Positions 1 to 12,724 of a stretch of 64,000 nucleotides of DNA are shown here, in pieces (position 1 is the first letter of the stretch; each line of letters opens with the position of its first letter). Source of the DNA: Mobula hypostoma (Eukaryota); assembly GCF_963921235.1 (NCBI RefSeq), contig NC_086097.1:137828001-137892000 (forward strand), written 5' to 3'. The notes under the pieces are model-generated. The model worked only from the letters and a program-made list of their open reading frames with translations. It was not told the origin of the DNA and did not search any database. The position numbers and the translations under genes are program-made.

Positions 1-437
1 TCTTCTTATTGAAAGAGATTGCTCATTATATCCTGGCAATTAAAATCAGCCTGAATTGGTTTGCTGCCTATCTTAATAATTCCACCTTAATTTCCTCCTT
101 TTTCCCCAGTGAATTATTCGATTTCTCACCAAAAATTTATTTTCTTTGGGATCTCTGTCCAAATTACTCTCATCTGAAGTTGATTTGAAGTTTTGCAATG
201 GTTACATTGTTATGAAACCCCATAAAATCCTACTCCGTATTTAACAGTCTTACAGAACCCTCTCTGGCTTACTGACTGCACTCTTTAGGTGACTCACAAC
301 TTAATTTTTTTACAAAATAGGCAAAGGAATAGGAGCTGGAGAAGGCCATTCATCCCTAAATCCCACTGCTATTCTGGAAGATGATTCTAATATTTTACCA
401 TAATGCATGTTCTCACCTGATTCATGCTTCCCTTAAT

Positions 438-633
438 GTAAAGTGTAGACTACTTTCTAAACGGGGAGAAAATTTAAAAAATATGAGGAGCAAAGGGACT
501 TGGGAACCCTCGTGCAGAATTCCCTGAAGGTTAACTTGTAGGTTGAGTCGGTGGTGAGGAAGGCAAATCCAGTTCTAGCAATCATGGATATACTTGTGTG
601 GTATGGGCATGTTGGGCCAGATGGGCCTGTTAT
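438..633 (+). mobile_element. CR1-type LINE fragment (RT C-terminal part plus 3' tail)
   Basis: Translates to YFLNGEKI / EQRDLG.LVQNSLKVNL.VESVVRKAN, then a GGGCCAGATGGGCCTGTT tail like other CR1 ends in the window. Confidence 0.75.
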
Positions 634-671
634 CTCTAAATAAAGGAAATATATATTTTTAAATATGCATG

Positions 672-880
672 GCAAGATCCCACAATCTGCAGTGCGACGA
701 TAACCAGATAAGCTGCATTTTGAGATCTTGGTTGAGGGATAAACATTGGTTGAGAAAACGAGAATAACTCCCCTGCTCTTCTCTAATAGCATGGATTGTT
801 TGAGCCCACCGGAGAGAGCAGGTTGACTTGGCATCTTGTCCAAAAGACGGGAATTCATGACACTGCAACATTCCCTTGGC
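672..880 (-). mobile_element. DeuSINE (SacSINE1-like) core fragment
   Basis: Reverse strand contains AAGAGCAGGGGAGTT...TTTATCCCTCAACCAA...TGTGGGATCTTGC, matching the recalled Deu-domain consensus; related copies near 28425, 55080 and 58110. Confidence 0.65.
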
Positions 881-1044
881 ACCACATGGCTGGAGTGAAC
901 GATTATCGATACCAGAGAGCTGGGAGGAGCTTTCCACGTGATGGTAATAGCCCGTCACATGGAATCTGCAGAGCGTAATATATAGTTTGAAGTGAAGCTC
1001 AGTTCTGGAGATCTGAGATTGGTGCTTGGACTGAAACCAAAGCT

Positions 1045-1120
1045 CTTGTGTTTTTCTCTCTCCACAGACACCGCTTGATCTGCTGAGTATTTCCAGCCCT
1101 TTCTGCTTTTTGTATCAGTA
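1045..1120 (+). mobile_element. Penelope-like terminal repeat remnant
   Basis: CTCTCCACAGA...CTGCTGAGTATTTCCAGC, homologous to the sequence following the hammerhead at 54935-54998. Confidence 0.55.
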
Positions 1121-1394
1121 GAACAGTAGGAGCACCAGGATTTGTAACAATTACAGAAATGAGTTCATTCAAAATTCTGGGCAGTCAATGCGGCTTTGAG
1201 TAAAATGTCAATCACGTGGGTAATTGAGAATTCAGATGTGACTGACAAATAAGCACACATTTAGTGCTTATATTTAGGTAGGTTGTGCATGCAAGCTTCC
1301 ATTGTTTAAACTTCTTGGCAAAGTGGTTAGATTAAACATTCAGAAGCTTGTTTAGATGGCTGTGAATGTTATAGTTCCTTGGTTACTAAGTGGC

Positions 1395-1495
1395 AGGAGT
1401 GCCCGGGGAACAAACAGAGTCTTGGGCGAACTGTACAAATACTGTGCAGACAGCTTCAGAGGTCGGGATCGAACCAGCTCCCTGAAACTGTCAGG
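1395..1495 (-). mobile_element. V-SINE (HE1-like) fragment
   Basis: Reverse strand has a B-box-like GGTTCGATCCC followed by GCTGTCTGCACAGTATTTGTAC...CCCCGGGCACTCC (V-core-like). Confidence 0.55.
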
Positions 1496-2470
1496 CAATT
1501 GACTTGATTGCCTTTGTATAGACCCAACAATACATAATTATTGCTACTTTGGAGTCCAGATTTGCAAATGTCACTAAATTCCACATGCTACAACTGGCAC
1601 GAACAAGTAGGTGCCACAACAAGAAACTGCTTTCATATAGTGTCCGATAGTGAACGTCCTCAGCGAATACAGAGCTATGTCAAGCATAACCTAGCACTGA
1701 CTCTCACCCCGTTAGGGTAGTGGCCATAGCCTCCTCATAGAGGTTGTTTTTGAGGATCTCCTTGAGGTGGAGGAAGAAAGAGACAAAGAAGTTTGCGGGG
1801 GGAATCCAGGGCTTGAGAAAGCATGTTTGTCAGTGGTCACCGTTTCTCAGAAAACCTGGAGATAACCTGAAGTGGCAGCCCATTCATCTCGACAAGTGGA
1901 AAGCTGTCAGATTAACATTTGCGGACATTAATCTCTGTGTTCTATTTATACTGCATTAATTGTACCAAAAACCTTAGGATCACCTCTCGCGTCCAGCAGC
2001 CAGAATCGAGATGTGACAGAGTGAAAGCTGATGGTGTGAATCACACAGCAGCCAAAACTTCACCCTTGACCTTTACATGCCATTTCAGTGATAACAGTCA
2101 CTTCACTAATGGATGGCAGAGGTCTCCCTCTGTCAGAGTGATGTGAGCAATGACCAGCTGTTACAAAGTGCTGACATAGAAGGCCCAGTCAGTGGGTGAC
2201 CCCTTGTGGAAAGGCTGAGCAGTTTTTATACTGCACTCGATCTTATCCCAGACCCTTGCTTTCACGGAGAGGCAGAAGTGGGGGTGTTGTAGGAGGGTGT
2301 CTGTTCTACGGAACTGTTACCGTATAATGCAGTGCGCTATGACATCACGAGCCATGAGCACGAAACAACTAAGTGTGTGGACACAGCTCAATACACCATG
2401 GAAGCTAGCCTCCCCTCCATGGGCTCTGTCTACACTTCCGACTGCCTCAGTAAAGCAGCCAAAATAATCA

Positions 2471-3226
2471 AAGACCATAAGACATTTTTTGTTGTGTGCC
2501 ATACTCTGCCAGACCCTCAACAACCACTTTTTCAAGTGGTTGTCTTGGAGGAAAGGTTCTGTGAGTGGTCCTCACGTCCTTCTCACAGCACAGTTTTTTT
2601 TTACGAGGCCGAATTGTGAGCTCGACACTCAACCCAGCACGGATGGAAAGCGTGCCCGGGAGCGGCCCGACTGGATTTGAACTCGGGAACCTTCGCTCCG
2701 GAGTCTGGCGCTGATGTCACCGCGCCACCAGCCGGCCCGTAAGACATAGGAGTACAATCAAGCCATTCGGCCCATCGATTCTGCTCTGCCATTCCATCAT
2801 GGCTGATTTACTATCCCTCTCAACCCCATTCTCCTGCCTTCTCCCCGTAACTTTTGATGGCCTTACTAATCAAGAAGCTATCAACCTCTGCTTTAAATAT
2901 ACCCAATAACTTGGCCTCCACGGCCATCTTTGGCAATGAATTCCAAAGTTTCACCACCCTCTGACCGAAGAAATTCCTCCTCACCTGAATTCTAAATGGA
3001 TGTCCTTGCATTCTGAGGCTGTGCCCTCTGGTCCTAAATTCCCCCACAAAAGGAAACGTCCTCTCTATGTCCACTCTCTCTAGCCTGTTCAATATTCAAA
3101 ATCCCTCTTCATTTTTCTAAACTCCAGGGAGTACAGGCCCAGAGCCATCAAACACCCCTGATACATTATCCCTTTCATTCCCATGATCATTCTCATGAAC
3201 CTTCTCTGGACCCTCTCCAAAGCCCT
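2471..3226 (-). mobile_element. 5'-truncated CR1 LINE
   Basis: Minus ORFs ALERVQRRF...LGLYSLE and RTRGHSLR..RRNFFGQRVV.LWNSLP; AAGACCATAAGACATAGG tail repeats. Confidence 0.85.
2486..2739 (-). mobile_element. tRNA-derived SINE, tail type 1
   Basis: Sense 5' end GGGCCGGCTGGTGGCGCGGTG (A box) and GAGTTCAAATCC (B box); 8-bp TSD TAAGACAT at 2478-2485 and 2740-2747. Confidence 0.8.
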
Positions 3227-4149
3227 TGCCCACCATGGACATTCTCTCTTGTCCCCTATCCTATCAGACGGAAGACCCAAAAGCTTGAAAGCATGTACCA
3301 TCAGGCTCAAGAAAAGCTTCTGCCTCACTGTTTTAAGATTATTGGATAGCCTCCCCAAATGGACTCTTGACCTCACACCTTAATTTCTATCTGTACTGCA
3401 TATTCTCTGTAACTGTAAAACTTCATTCTACCTTCTGTTATTTTTCCCTTGTATTATCTCAATGCACTGATGTAATAAAATGATTTGTCTGAATTACATG
3501 AAAGATAGTTTTTCACTGCACCTCACTGCATACAACAATAATAAACCAACTCAGCAATTTACCAAGGCACCTGAACCACAAAAGCACTAAAGGCATCCTA
3601 CAACAATATTCCCATCTTGATTAGCAATTAAGATCATTGCTCTTGTCTTCCCAGCTCCTCTTACTTTTCTCATTCCAACTCATAATTCAATTTCACTGCA
3701 AGATTGGAAATGTCAAAACATCTCAGACATCATTTCCTCATTTTCCCTGCAGACTTGTGAGCCGGAGTCAGTTACACAATTAGTTATTTCTATCGCTGCT
3801 CTCAATCTCCAATCTACTGTTCCAACATTGAGTCTCTGTATTAACTTACTTAGCCCAAGTGTACAACCTTACATGGAGTGTGGTATCAAATGTTTTCTTG
3901 TGGTACCGTATTAAAGTGGTTCCATCTACCTTGCACGGCCACTTGATTTCACATTACTCCTTTTTCAACCTTCATCCATTGCTCATCTCTTTCGTGAACT
4001 TGCGTGTAATTCTACATCTTACCCGATTTCAGGTTTCATTCTAAATGCATTGGTGACATTTCAACTTTGCATTTCATATTTTATTCAAAAATTAATTTAA
4101 TCTTCTGCTCCTCCTTCTAGAACACATTAGTCTGTACACCCACTTCCCA

Positions 4150-4735
4150 CCATGTTCGCACTTCCTCAGAGGGCTAAAGAAATTTGACAAGTCCCCATTG
4201 AGCCTCGCTGATTTTTTTGGAAAGCGTCCTTTCCAAAGGCATCACAGGTTGACATGGTAACTGTGTTTCTGGAGTCCATAAGAAACCGCGGAGAGCTGCG
4301 GACTCCGCTCAGCACAACCTCCACTCCATGGACTCTGTCTACATTCCGCACTGCCTTGGTAAAGCAGATGACATATTCAAAGAGGCCACCTGCCCCAGAC
4401 ATTCTGTCTTCTGCCCCCTCCCATCATGCAGAAGAAGATACAAAAAGCTGAACGCACACAACAGCGGGCTCGAGGACAGCTTCTATCCTGCTGTTATAAG
4501 ACGATTAAACAGTTCTCTTGTACAATCAAATAGACTCTTGACCATGCAATCTATCTCGTTATGGCCTTTGGCCTTATTGATGCCCAGCACTGCACTTTTT
4601 CTGAAACTGTGACACTTCATTCTGCATTCTGTTATTGATTCTGTCATTGCTACCTCAATGCGCTGATGTGATGTAATGATCTGTGTGAATGGTATGCCTT
4701 GGAACATGTGACAATAATAAATCAATTTACTGATT
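4150..4735 (+). mobile_element. Rex1/Babar LINE 3' fragment
   Basis: MDSVYIPHCLGKADDIFKE..HSVFCPLPS.RRYKKL..LEDSFYPAVIRRLN; GTGACAATAATAAA tail. Confidence 0.75.
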
Positions 4736-5074
4736 TCTTTTACACTGCTGATGACAGTTTGATTCAAAAACATAGAAATTTACATATAAATCCTCCCACA
4801 ACCTCAGTCCTCTCTAGCCTTGTAATTTTGTCAGGCTCCAAATACCCCTGAAAGCTCTTCACTGTTCCAGGTTATTGTCATTGAGTACATTTTAATTGGA
4901 AGTTGATAGGTTCTTGATTAGTTAGGGCATCAAAGGCAGGAGAATGGGATTGAGAAGGAAAATAAATTGGTTCAAAGGTTCATTTGAATATTAGAGAATG
5001 TATACAGTATACAACCTGAAATTCGTACTCTTCACAGACATCCGCGAAACAAGAAATCTCATAGAATGAATGAT

Positions 5075-5275
5075 GGCGTTCTTTTCTGTGCCCTGTGGCG
5101 CATTGGGCAGAAACCTTGCCATTTCTCTAACATTTGTCTATTTTTTACGAGGTCGAGTTATTAGCTCGGTTATCAACCCAGCACAGGTGGAAGGCATGCA
5201 AGGGGCTGGCTGGATCCAAACCTGGGACCTCTCTCCTTGAAGTCCAGTGCAGATGCCCCGAAACCGCTGGCCGGC
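5075..5275 (-). mobile_element. tRNA-derived SINE, tail type 2
   Basis: Head and core homologous to the 2486 and 60803 copies; 13-bp TSD TAGAATGAATGAT at 5062-5074 and 5276-5288. Confidence 0.8.
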
Positions 5276-5814
5276 TAGAATGAATGATAGAAACATTCAT
5301 AAATCAGACATGGCCGAATGGCAGACAGACTCAATGGGCCAAATGGCCTAATTCTGCTCCTATGTGTTATGATCTTATAGCCTCTTGTCAATTTTAACCA
5401 TTCTTCAAAACCAAGGCTTTGAGGTTTGCAATCCTCGCTTCACATCTCTCTATCTCTCTCTCCTTTAAGATGTTTTGCTGCTCTCCGACCAAGATTTTGA
5501 TCATCGGCCCTAATACCTCTTGATTAGCTCATTCAATGCTCCTGTAGAGCACCCCAGGATCTGTAACACCATCACAGGTGTGATATAGGTGTAATTTTTT
5601 TTAAAACTTTGATCCTTTTAATTCTGGTTAACAAAAATCTTTAATAACACTTCCTGAAAATTAGTCAATTTGATGAAGTTTGGTCACAGATAAGTCATAT
5701 CATCAGTGAATGACAGCATTCTCTTTCTAGGCTGAATGGCTTTCTCCTGTTTCAATGGCCAATGAAGTGCCCCAGCCTGGAAAATGCTTTGGATGCTGCC
5801 TATATGATAGTATA

Positions 5815-6022
5815 TGTGAGTGAGTGTGTGGAATGGGCTTCCGACAACGGTGGCGGAGGCGGATACGATAGGGTCTTTTAAGAGACTTTTGGATAGGTAC
5901 ATGGAGTTTAGAAAAATAGACGGCTATGGGTAAGCCTAGTAATTTCTAAGTTAGGGACATGTTCGGCACAACTTTGTGGGCCGAAGGGCCTGTATTGTGC
6001 TGTAGGTTTTCTATGTTTCTAT
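5815..6022 (+). mobile_element. CR1 3' end (young family)
   Basis: Highly similar to the 3' UTRs at 23990-24181 and 31480-31690; (TTTCTATG)n tail. Confidence 0.85.
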
Positions 6023-6464
6023 ATATGTCTGAGATGTTGCTACAAGTGTGTTTTTCATTTTACCTGTGTATACATGGAGTTGTGTGCATGACAATAAACT
6101 TGACTTAGACTTCTGATACTTCAGCATCCTTCATTGTTTGGCCTGCAGACTCCACTTTCTTGAGTGGACTCTTGAGATGGGTGTCCAGAGAACTTGCCTG
6201 ATTTCAAGTGGTATCTGGATTGCTTTGAGGCAGTGTCATCATCGCTATAGGAATGTTCCAGAGATCTGTGAGAATGGAGGCTGGTCTCAAACAAATCCAT
6301 TTGTCTCACATTGAATTGTTGGCATCCATTTATTGAATAAGGTAAAGTCAATGTTAAACTTCTGAACTATGAAATTTGGACAGAGGCATTTTGTGGAAGC
6401 ATTGCTTTTTCACTAGTCCACAAAGTCTCAATGCAGCAACCATTAGAAAGGGAATAAGGGGAGG

Positions 6465-7160
6465 AGAAGCTGGCAGCACGACGCAGTGCGCGCGGCCGCT
6501 CCAAAATTATATCGTATTTGTAAGTAGGATGCCGAGCACAATCCTGATTTGATGGAGACAGACATGAGATGCACAGAGGAACATCTGGAGAAACTTCTGA
6601 AATGCCCGCTTTGCTGCCGCTGCTACTGTGCGATTGAGAATCTCAGGAGGGGAAGGCCTCAAATTCTTGGCTTTGCCTATTGCCTGTTGCCGGGGCCGGG
6701 GTCGAAGTGCTCGGCAGAGATGGTGCTCGGTGCTCAGTGTCGGAGGACTGGTCGAAGGCTTGAAGTTTTCGGACGGACTCAAGAGTCAGCTGTGGTCGGG
6801 TGCTTCCAGGGTGCTGCATTGGCAAGTTTGCAGTGCTGGAAGCTCATGGCAGGGAGAGTTTTTCTTCCTTCTCCATCTGCGTGAGATGATGGGACTTTCG
6901 AGAGACTTTGAGACTTTTTTTACCATGCCCATGGTCTGTTCTTACCAAATCATGGTATTGCTTTGCACTGTTGTAACTATATGTTATAGTTATATGGTCT
7001 TTGTCAATATTTCAGTCTTGTTTGTTTTGTGTTTCTGTGATATCATTCTGAAGGAACATTGTATCATTTCTTAATGTGTGCATCACTAAATGACAATAAA
7101 AGAGGACTGCGTGTCCTCATAATCTACAAACGTTCGTAATCTAATCTAATCTAATCTAAT
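6465..7160 (+). mobile_element. Non-autonomous retroposon with (AATCT)n tail
   Basis: GC-rich 5' end, T-rich 3' half, AATAAA, then TAATCTAATCTAATC repeats; no credible ORF. Confidence 0.5.
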
Positions 7161-7234
7161 GCAAAGATCAAGAATGAGGAGGTGATTGGATTATCCATGT
7201 AATTACGGTAAGATAAAATAAATGGAAACAATAC

Positions 7235-8445
7235 TGTAGAAATTTGTTGTAACAAAACACTTTGATGAAGGTAGAGCAGTCGATGTTTTGTATATGGATT
7301 TTAGTAAGGCTTTTGAAAAGGCTCTCCATGCAAGGCTCATTCAGAAAGTAAGGAGGCATAGGATCCAAGGAGACCTTGCTTTGTGGATCCAGAATTGGCT
7401 TGCCCACAAAAGGCGAAGGGTGGTTATAGATGGTTCATGTTTTACATGTAGGTCAGTGACCAGTGGTGTTCTGCAGGGATCTGTTCTGGGACCCCTGTTA
7501 GTGATTTTTATAAATGACCTGGATGAAGAAGTAGAAGGGTGAGTTAGTAAGTTTGCTGATGACACAAAGGTTGGGGGCATTGTGGATAGTCTGGAGGGGT
7601 GTCAGAGGTTATAGTGGGACATGGATAGGATGCAGAACTGGGCTGAGAAGTGGCAGATGGAGTTCAACCCAGATAAGTGTGGTGGTTCATTTTGGAAGGT
7701 AAAATTTGAAGGCAGAATATAATATTAATGGTAAGACTCCTGGCAGTGTGGAGGATCAGAGAGGTCTTGGGGTCTGTGTCCACAGGACACTCAAAGCTGC
7801 TGTGCAGGTTGACAGTTTTGTTAAGAAGGTGTGTTGGCATTCATCAACCATGGGATGGAGTTCAAGAGCGGTGAGGTAATGTTACAGCTATATAAGACTT
7901 GGTTAGACCCCACTTGGAGCACTGTGTTCAGTTCTGGTCACTTCACTACAGGAAGGATGTGGATACTTTAGAAAGAGTGCAGAGGAGATTTACGAGGATG
8001 TTGCCTGGATTGGAGGGTGTACCTTTTGAGAATAGGTTGAGTGAACTTGGCCTTTTCTCCTTGGAGCGACGGAGGATGAGAGGTGACTTGATAGAGGTGT
8101 ATAAGATGATGAGAGGCATTGATCATGTGGATAATCAGGGGCTTTTTCCCAGGGCTGAAATGGTTAACATGAGGGGGCATAGTTTTAAGGTGCTTGGAAG
8201 TAGGTACAGAAGAGATGTCAGGGGTAAGTTTTACACAGTGCGTGGAATGCACTGCCAGCGACGGTGGTGGAGGCGGATATAATAGGGTCTTTTAAGAGAG
8301 ACTTAGATAATGGAGCTTAGAAAAATAGAGGGCTATGCGTGAGGGAAATTCTAGGCAGCTTCTACAGTAGGTTACATGGTCGGCACAATATTGTGGGCCG
8401 AAGGGCCTGTAGTGTGCTGTAGATGTCTACGTTCTATGTTCTATG
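7235..8445 (+). mobile_element. 5'-truncated CR1 LINE (RT pseudogene)
   Basis: YMDFSKAF, GVLQGSVLGPLL, KFADDTK, RPHLEHCVQFWS motifs with stops; TTCTATG tail. Confidence 0.92.
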
Positions 8446-9785
8446 AAAAAAATCAGGGAGTTGTGCAGTGGACTTCTGTTGGCTGTCCTGGGGTCAATAT
8501 CTTTCAGTTATCAAAACATTTCATATTTTCACATTTCTGGCTGCTAGGTGTTCTTCATTAAACTGCTTACAATTTACCTCGTTGGCCATTGAACGTGTTG
8601 GGACATGCTGGGATTGTGAATGGCGCCAGAGAAATGCATGTCTTCATGTAAACCTGGAGGGCTGGTAATCCTAGTAAAAAAACGTGCTGCTGATCTAGCG
8701 GTGCGTCAGACGGTGGCATGTGGGTGCACAATCACACCAGGAGAACCAGCTTGATTCCACCGTGGAAGAAGGCTCACGTGATACAGGTGGTTCTGTGGAA
8801 TGAACTGTGGGTGGCGAAGCTTGGAAACCCAGTCTGAGGCCAGGTACTAAGTCCGGGCAAAGAAGGACTCGGATAGACTGTGACTCCACGGGAGCAAGCA
8901 ACAGTTACAACATCTGGATTAGCTTCAGTTAACTTATCACTTCGGCTTGTTACTAAAAATAATCTGCCCTCTCCTCTGGACCTCCTGCAATGGCTTCTGT
9001 TTATTTATTTGGTACAAAGGAGATTTGCAGGGAGACCTCTCGAAACCCTCCCATTAACAATGAGCCGTTGAGACAGAAGCTACAGCAAAACAAACAAAAA
9101 CAAAATTAGACTTATAGCAAATAACACAAAGCAATATATACTGAACAGTAGAGCAGTTGAAACACTCTGTCATTTGTAATGAGGGATGGAAGTACTTTGT
9201 TTCGGAAGGAGGTTTTGTGGAGAATTGCTCTTCATTTTAGTGTGAATTGACTTATTTTTCTTCATCCAATTGGTTCGTTTCCAGGAGTGCACAGACTTGA
9301 GATAGCATCAGTGGAGATGATCAATTTGAGAGTGAGGTACAGGGTCACCTGAAAGATAGCACACGATAGGACTCCATATAAAGGAAGAAATATTGGGAAC
9401 TTGGGATAATCATGAAGGATTTTACTGTACACATAGACTGGGTAATGCAAGCCAAAATGAGGAATTTATGGAGTGGTTTCAGGATAATTTCTTAGAAATA
9501 CATTCTGAAACCAACCAGAGACCTCATATTGTGTTGTCAGACAGGATTAATTCATGAGCTCAGCACGAAGGCATACCTGGGTGGCATTGAAGATAACATG
9601 ATTTAATTTTATATTCAGTAAGGAGAATGGGTCCAAAATTGGATTTCAAATTTAAATAAGTCAATTATAGGGGCACAGAAACAGAGCAGATTAAGTGAAC
9701 CGGAAAATTAGGTTAATGGATCAGTCTGTTGAGATGATGTGGCAGACATTGAAGGGGATCTTTCAGAAAGTACGAAGTAGATGTA

Positions 9786-10353
9786 CATTCAGCAGCCATT
9801 CTATTAGCTGCTACTTGTACCTAATGAAGTGGTCACTACGTGTATATTTGTGGCCTTCTGCTGCAGTAGCCATCTGCTTCAATATTTGACGTGTTGTGCA
9901 TTCAGGGAGGCTCTTCTGTGCAACGATATTGTAACGTGTATTTTTTTTTAGCTACTTTTGCCTTCCTGGCACCTTGAACCAGTCTGGCCATTCTCCTCTG
10001 ACCTCTTTCGTCATCAAGACGTCTCCGCCCACAGAACTGCCGCTCACTAGATGTTTGTTGTTTATCGTACCATTCTCTATAAACTCGAGAGGCTGTTGTG
10101 TGAGAAAATCCCAGGAGGTCAGCAGTTTCTGAGATAATCAAACCACTCCATCTGGCACCAACAATCATACAACAGTCAAAATCACTTAGATCACATTTCT
10201 TCCCCATTCTGATGTTTGCTCTGAACATCAACTGAATCTCTTGACCATGTCAGCATGCTTTCATGCATCAAGTCACTGCACATGATTGGCTGATTAGATA
10301 TTTGCATTAATGAGCAGGTGTATAGGTGTACCTAATAAAGTGGCCACTCTGTG
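9786..10353 (-). mobile_element. Non-autonomous Tc1 transposon derivative
   Basis: N-terminal HTH MGKKCDLSDFD..MIVGAR..G.IISETADLLGFSHTT.SRVYREW; CAGTGGCCACTTTATTAGGTACA-type TIRs; flanking TA. Confidence 0.85.
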
Positions 10354-10514
10354 TAGCCTCCCAATATACGGGGTACAACCATCTTCAGCAGCAAATGTTA
10401 TAGACAAGAGCTAACTGTCCTAAAATAATTGCAGAAAATGCAAAGTACTCAGCAAGTCATGATAAAGAAAGATAATTAGTATTTCGGGTCAACGTTCTTT
10501 TAACAGAATTTTAG

Positions 10515-10640
10515 CTTCAGCATTTGATGAAGGGTCTTTGACCCAATACGTTGACTCTGCTGCCCTCTTCACCAGATGCTGCCTGACCTGCTGAGTGTTT
10601 CTAGCACTTTATTTCTGATTCCCAGCATCTGCAGTTTCTT
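10515..10640 (+). mobile_element. Penelope-like terminal repeat remnant with decayed hammerhead
   Basis: TTGATGAAGGGTCTTTGACCCAATACGTTGACT followed by AGATGCTGCCTGACCTGCTGAGT. Confidence 0.6.
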
Positions 10641-11100
10641 GTCCTTGAAATAATCAGTTGAACATGTTCTAAGCCTGTGCACGGTAATCAGATATTCTGC
10701 GGAGTTAGAAAGCAGCTGGGAGTCTGTGGGCGGGGGAAAGAGTGGGTGGGTGATTACAACTTTAATTCCAAATGTTTAACAGCAAAAAAAAGGCAAATAA
10801 TTAGAGGTGTTTTATGATCTGCAAATCAGGGCTGTGTAATCAATAAACCTCATGGAACATTTATTAAAAGGGCCCAGGTGGATCTTTAACCTCTCAGCAA
10901 AACTCTTAGAAGAATCATTCAGGGATTCTGTGCCTGTCAACACATTGAGATTATTAGTTGCCTGTTATTTAGATTGCTTGAACTGCCTTAGATTTACTGC
11001 TGTATGTGATATTAAACTTCTGCGCATACCCTCCTTTTCAAAATGTATTATGCTGAGCCAAAACCATAAATTGACGGTTCTTTATTAACATTGACAAACA

Positions 11101-11654
11101 CATTCAGTGGCCACATTATTAGATACAGGGCTGTACCTAATAAAGTGGCCACTGAGTTTATGTTTGTGGTCACTGATGCTGCTGCATCAAGGTTCAAGGT
11201 TCGGATTGTTACATGTTCAGAGATGCTCTTCTGCACAGCACGGTTGAATGTGTGGTTATCTGGGTTACTGTCGCCTTCCTGTCAGCTTGAACCAGTCTGG
11301 CCATTCTCCTCCGACCTCTCTCAGTAATAGGGCATTTTTACCCACAGAACTGCTGCTCATTGGATTTTTTTTTACTTTTCACACCATTCAATATAAACTC
11401 TAAAGACTGTTGTGCATGAAAATCCCAGGGGGTCGGCAATTTCTGAGATAACTCAAACCACTCTGTTTGGCACTAAGAATCATTCCACAGTCAAAATCGC
11501 ATTTCTTCCCCATTCTGACGTCTGGTCCGAACAACAATTGAACCTCTTGACCATGTCTGCATCCTATTATGCATTGAGTTGCTGGTACATGATTGGCTGA
11601 TTCGGTATTTACAAGCAGGAGTACAGGTCTACCTAATAAAGTCACCACTGAGTG
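11101..11654 (-). mobile_element. Non-autonomous Tc1 transposon derivative
   Basis: Same family and same internal structure as 9786-10353; TIRs at both ends. Confidence 0.85.
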
Positions 11655-11689
11655 TAGTGTTTCAAAGTGAAAGAAAATTTCTAAATGGA

Positions 11690-12660
11690 AGTTAACTAAA
11701 AAGGTAGCAACAATAGCAAACTTAAAGAAAAAGAAAAGATGAGTAGCAGGTTGTTAGGTTGAATAAATAAAAGATTAATAAGGAAGCGAAATTTAGAGTA
11801 AAGGTATCCAGAAATGTAAAAACAATCAGTAAGAATTTCTATAGATTTTTTTTTGAAGTTAACAAAGTGGGCCAATACACACAAAATACTGGAGGAACTC
11901 AACAGGTTAGGCAGCATCTATGGAGGAAAATGAATAGTCGATATTTTGTTGGTTTCATGGAAAGTCCGCTTAGGAAATTAACAGTAGAAAAGTAGGAAAT
12001 AGAAGATGTACTAAAGGGGTATTTTTCACAAGCCCTGCCTAGGGAGGGATTTTTAACATTCAGGAATTGGAATGGAGGGAGGAATTCAGAAAAATTCCAA
12101 ATCCCAAGGGAGTGGGACTGAGTGAGTTGCTGGAACTGTGGGCTGGGCCCTGATGGAGTTCGTCGTGGTCTTGGAGATGGCCCGTGAGGTAGTTGTTGCA
12201 TCGGTTTTAATTTTCCATAATTTCCTAGATTCAGCATATTTCTAAGATTCATTTAGATTTGAAAATAGCAAACGTAACTGCTTTATTCAAATCGGGAGGG
12301 AGACAGTGAGCAGAAAAACACTGGCCAGTAGCTGAACATCTGCCAAAGAGAAAGTGTTAGAAGTAGTTATGAAAGACATTACAGCTGGATGCTTAGCAAA
12401 GATAAAGGTTATCAAGCAGACTCAGCATAGTTTTGTGAAAAGAAAATCATCCTTATTGGAAATGTTTGAAGCAGTAACTTGTGCTGTGGATAAAGGGATC
12501 TGGTGGATTCCTGTACTTAGATTCCCAGAAGATGTTTGATAAGGTGCCGCATCAAAGGTTACTGTGGAAATAAAAGCTTGCGGTGCCAGAGATGGCATGT
12601 TGGTGTGGACATGGTAAGTTGTAATGAGAACTGGAGCCACAACCTTTTACATTTATATAA
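11690..12660 (+). mobile_element. Old, fragmented CR1 ORF2 remnants, with a PLE end near 11878-11948
   Basis: IANVTALFK.GG and QHSFVK remnants; TTTGATAAGGTGCCGCAT (FDKVPH). Confidence 0.55.
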
Positions 12661-12724
12661 CATGACATTCACCAGGACAGGGGGCTGAAGGATGTTTCTT
12701 CGGGCTCAGGAATTCTGAGCCAGT

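Larger units (their letters stand above)
2345..3550 (+). mobile_element. Rex1/Babar LINE 3' fragment split by a nested CR1 and SINE
   Basis: SLPSMGSVYTSDCLSKAAKIIKD (to about 2475) continues as HHGHSLLSP...RLKKSF (from about 3227); ends in an ACAATAATAAACCAA tail. Confidence 0.7.
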
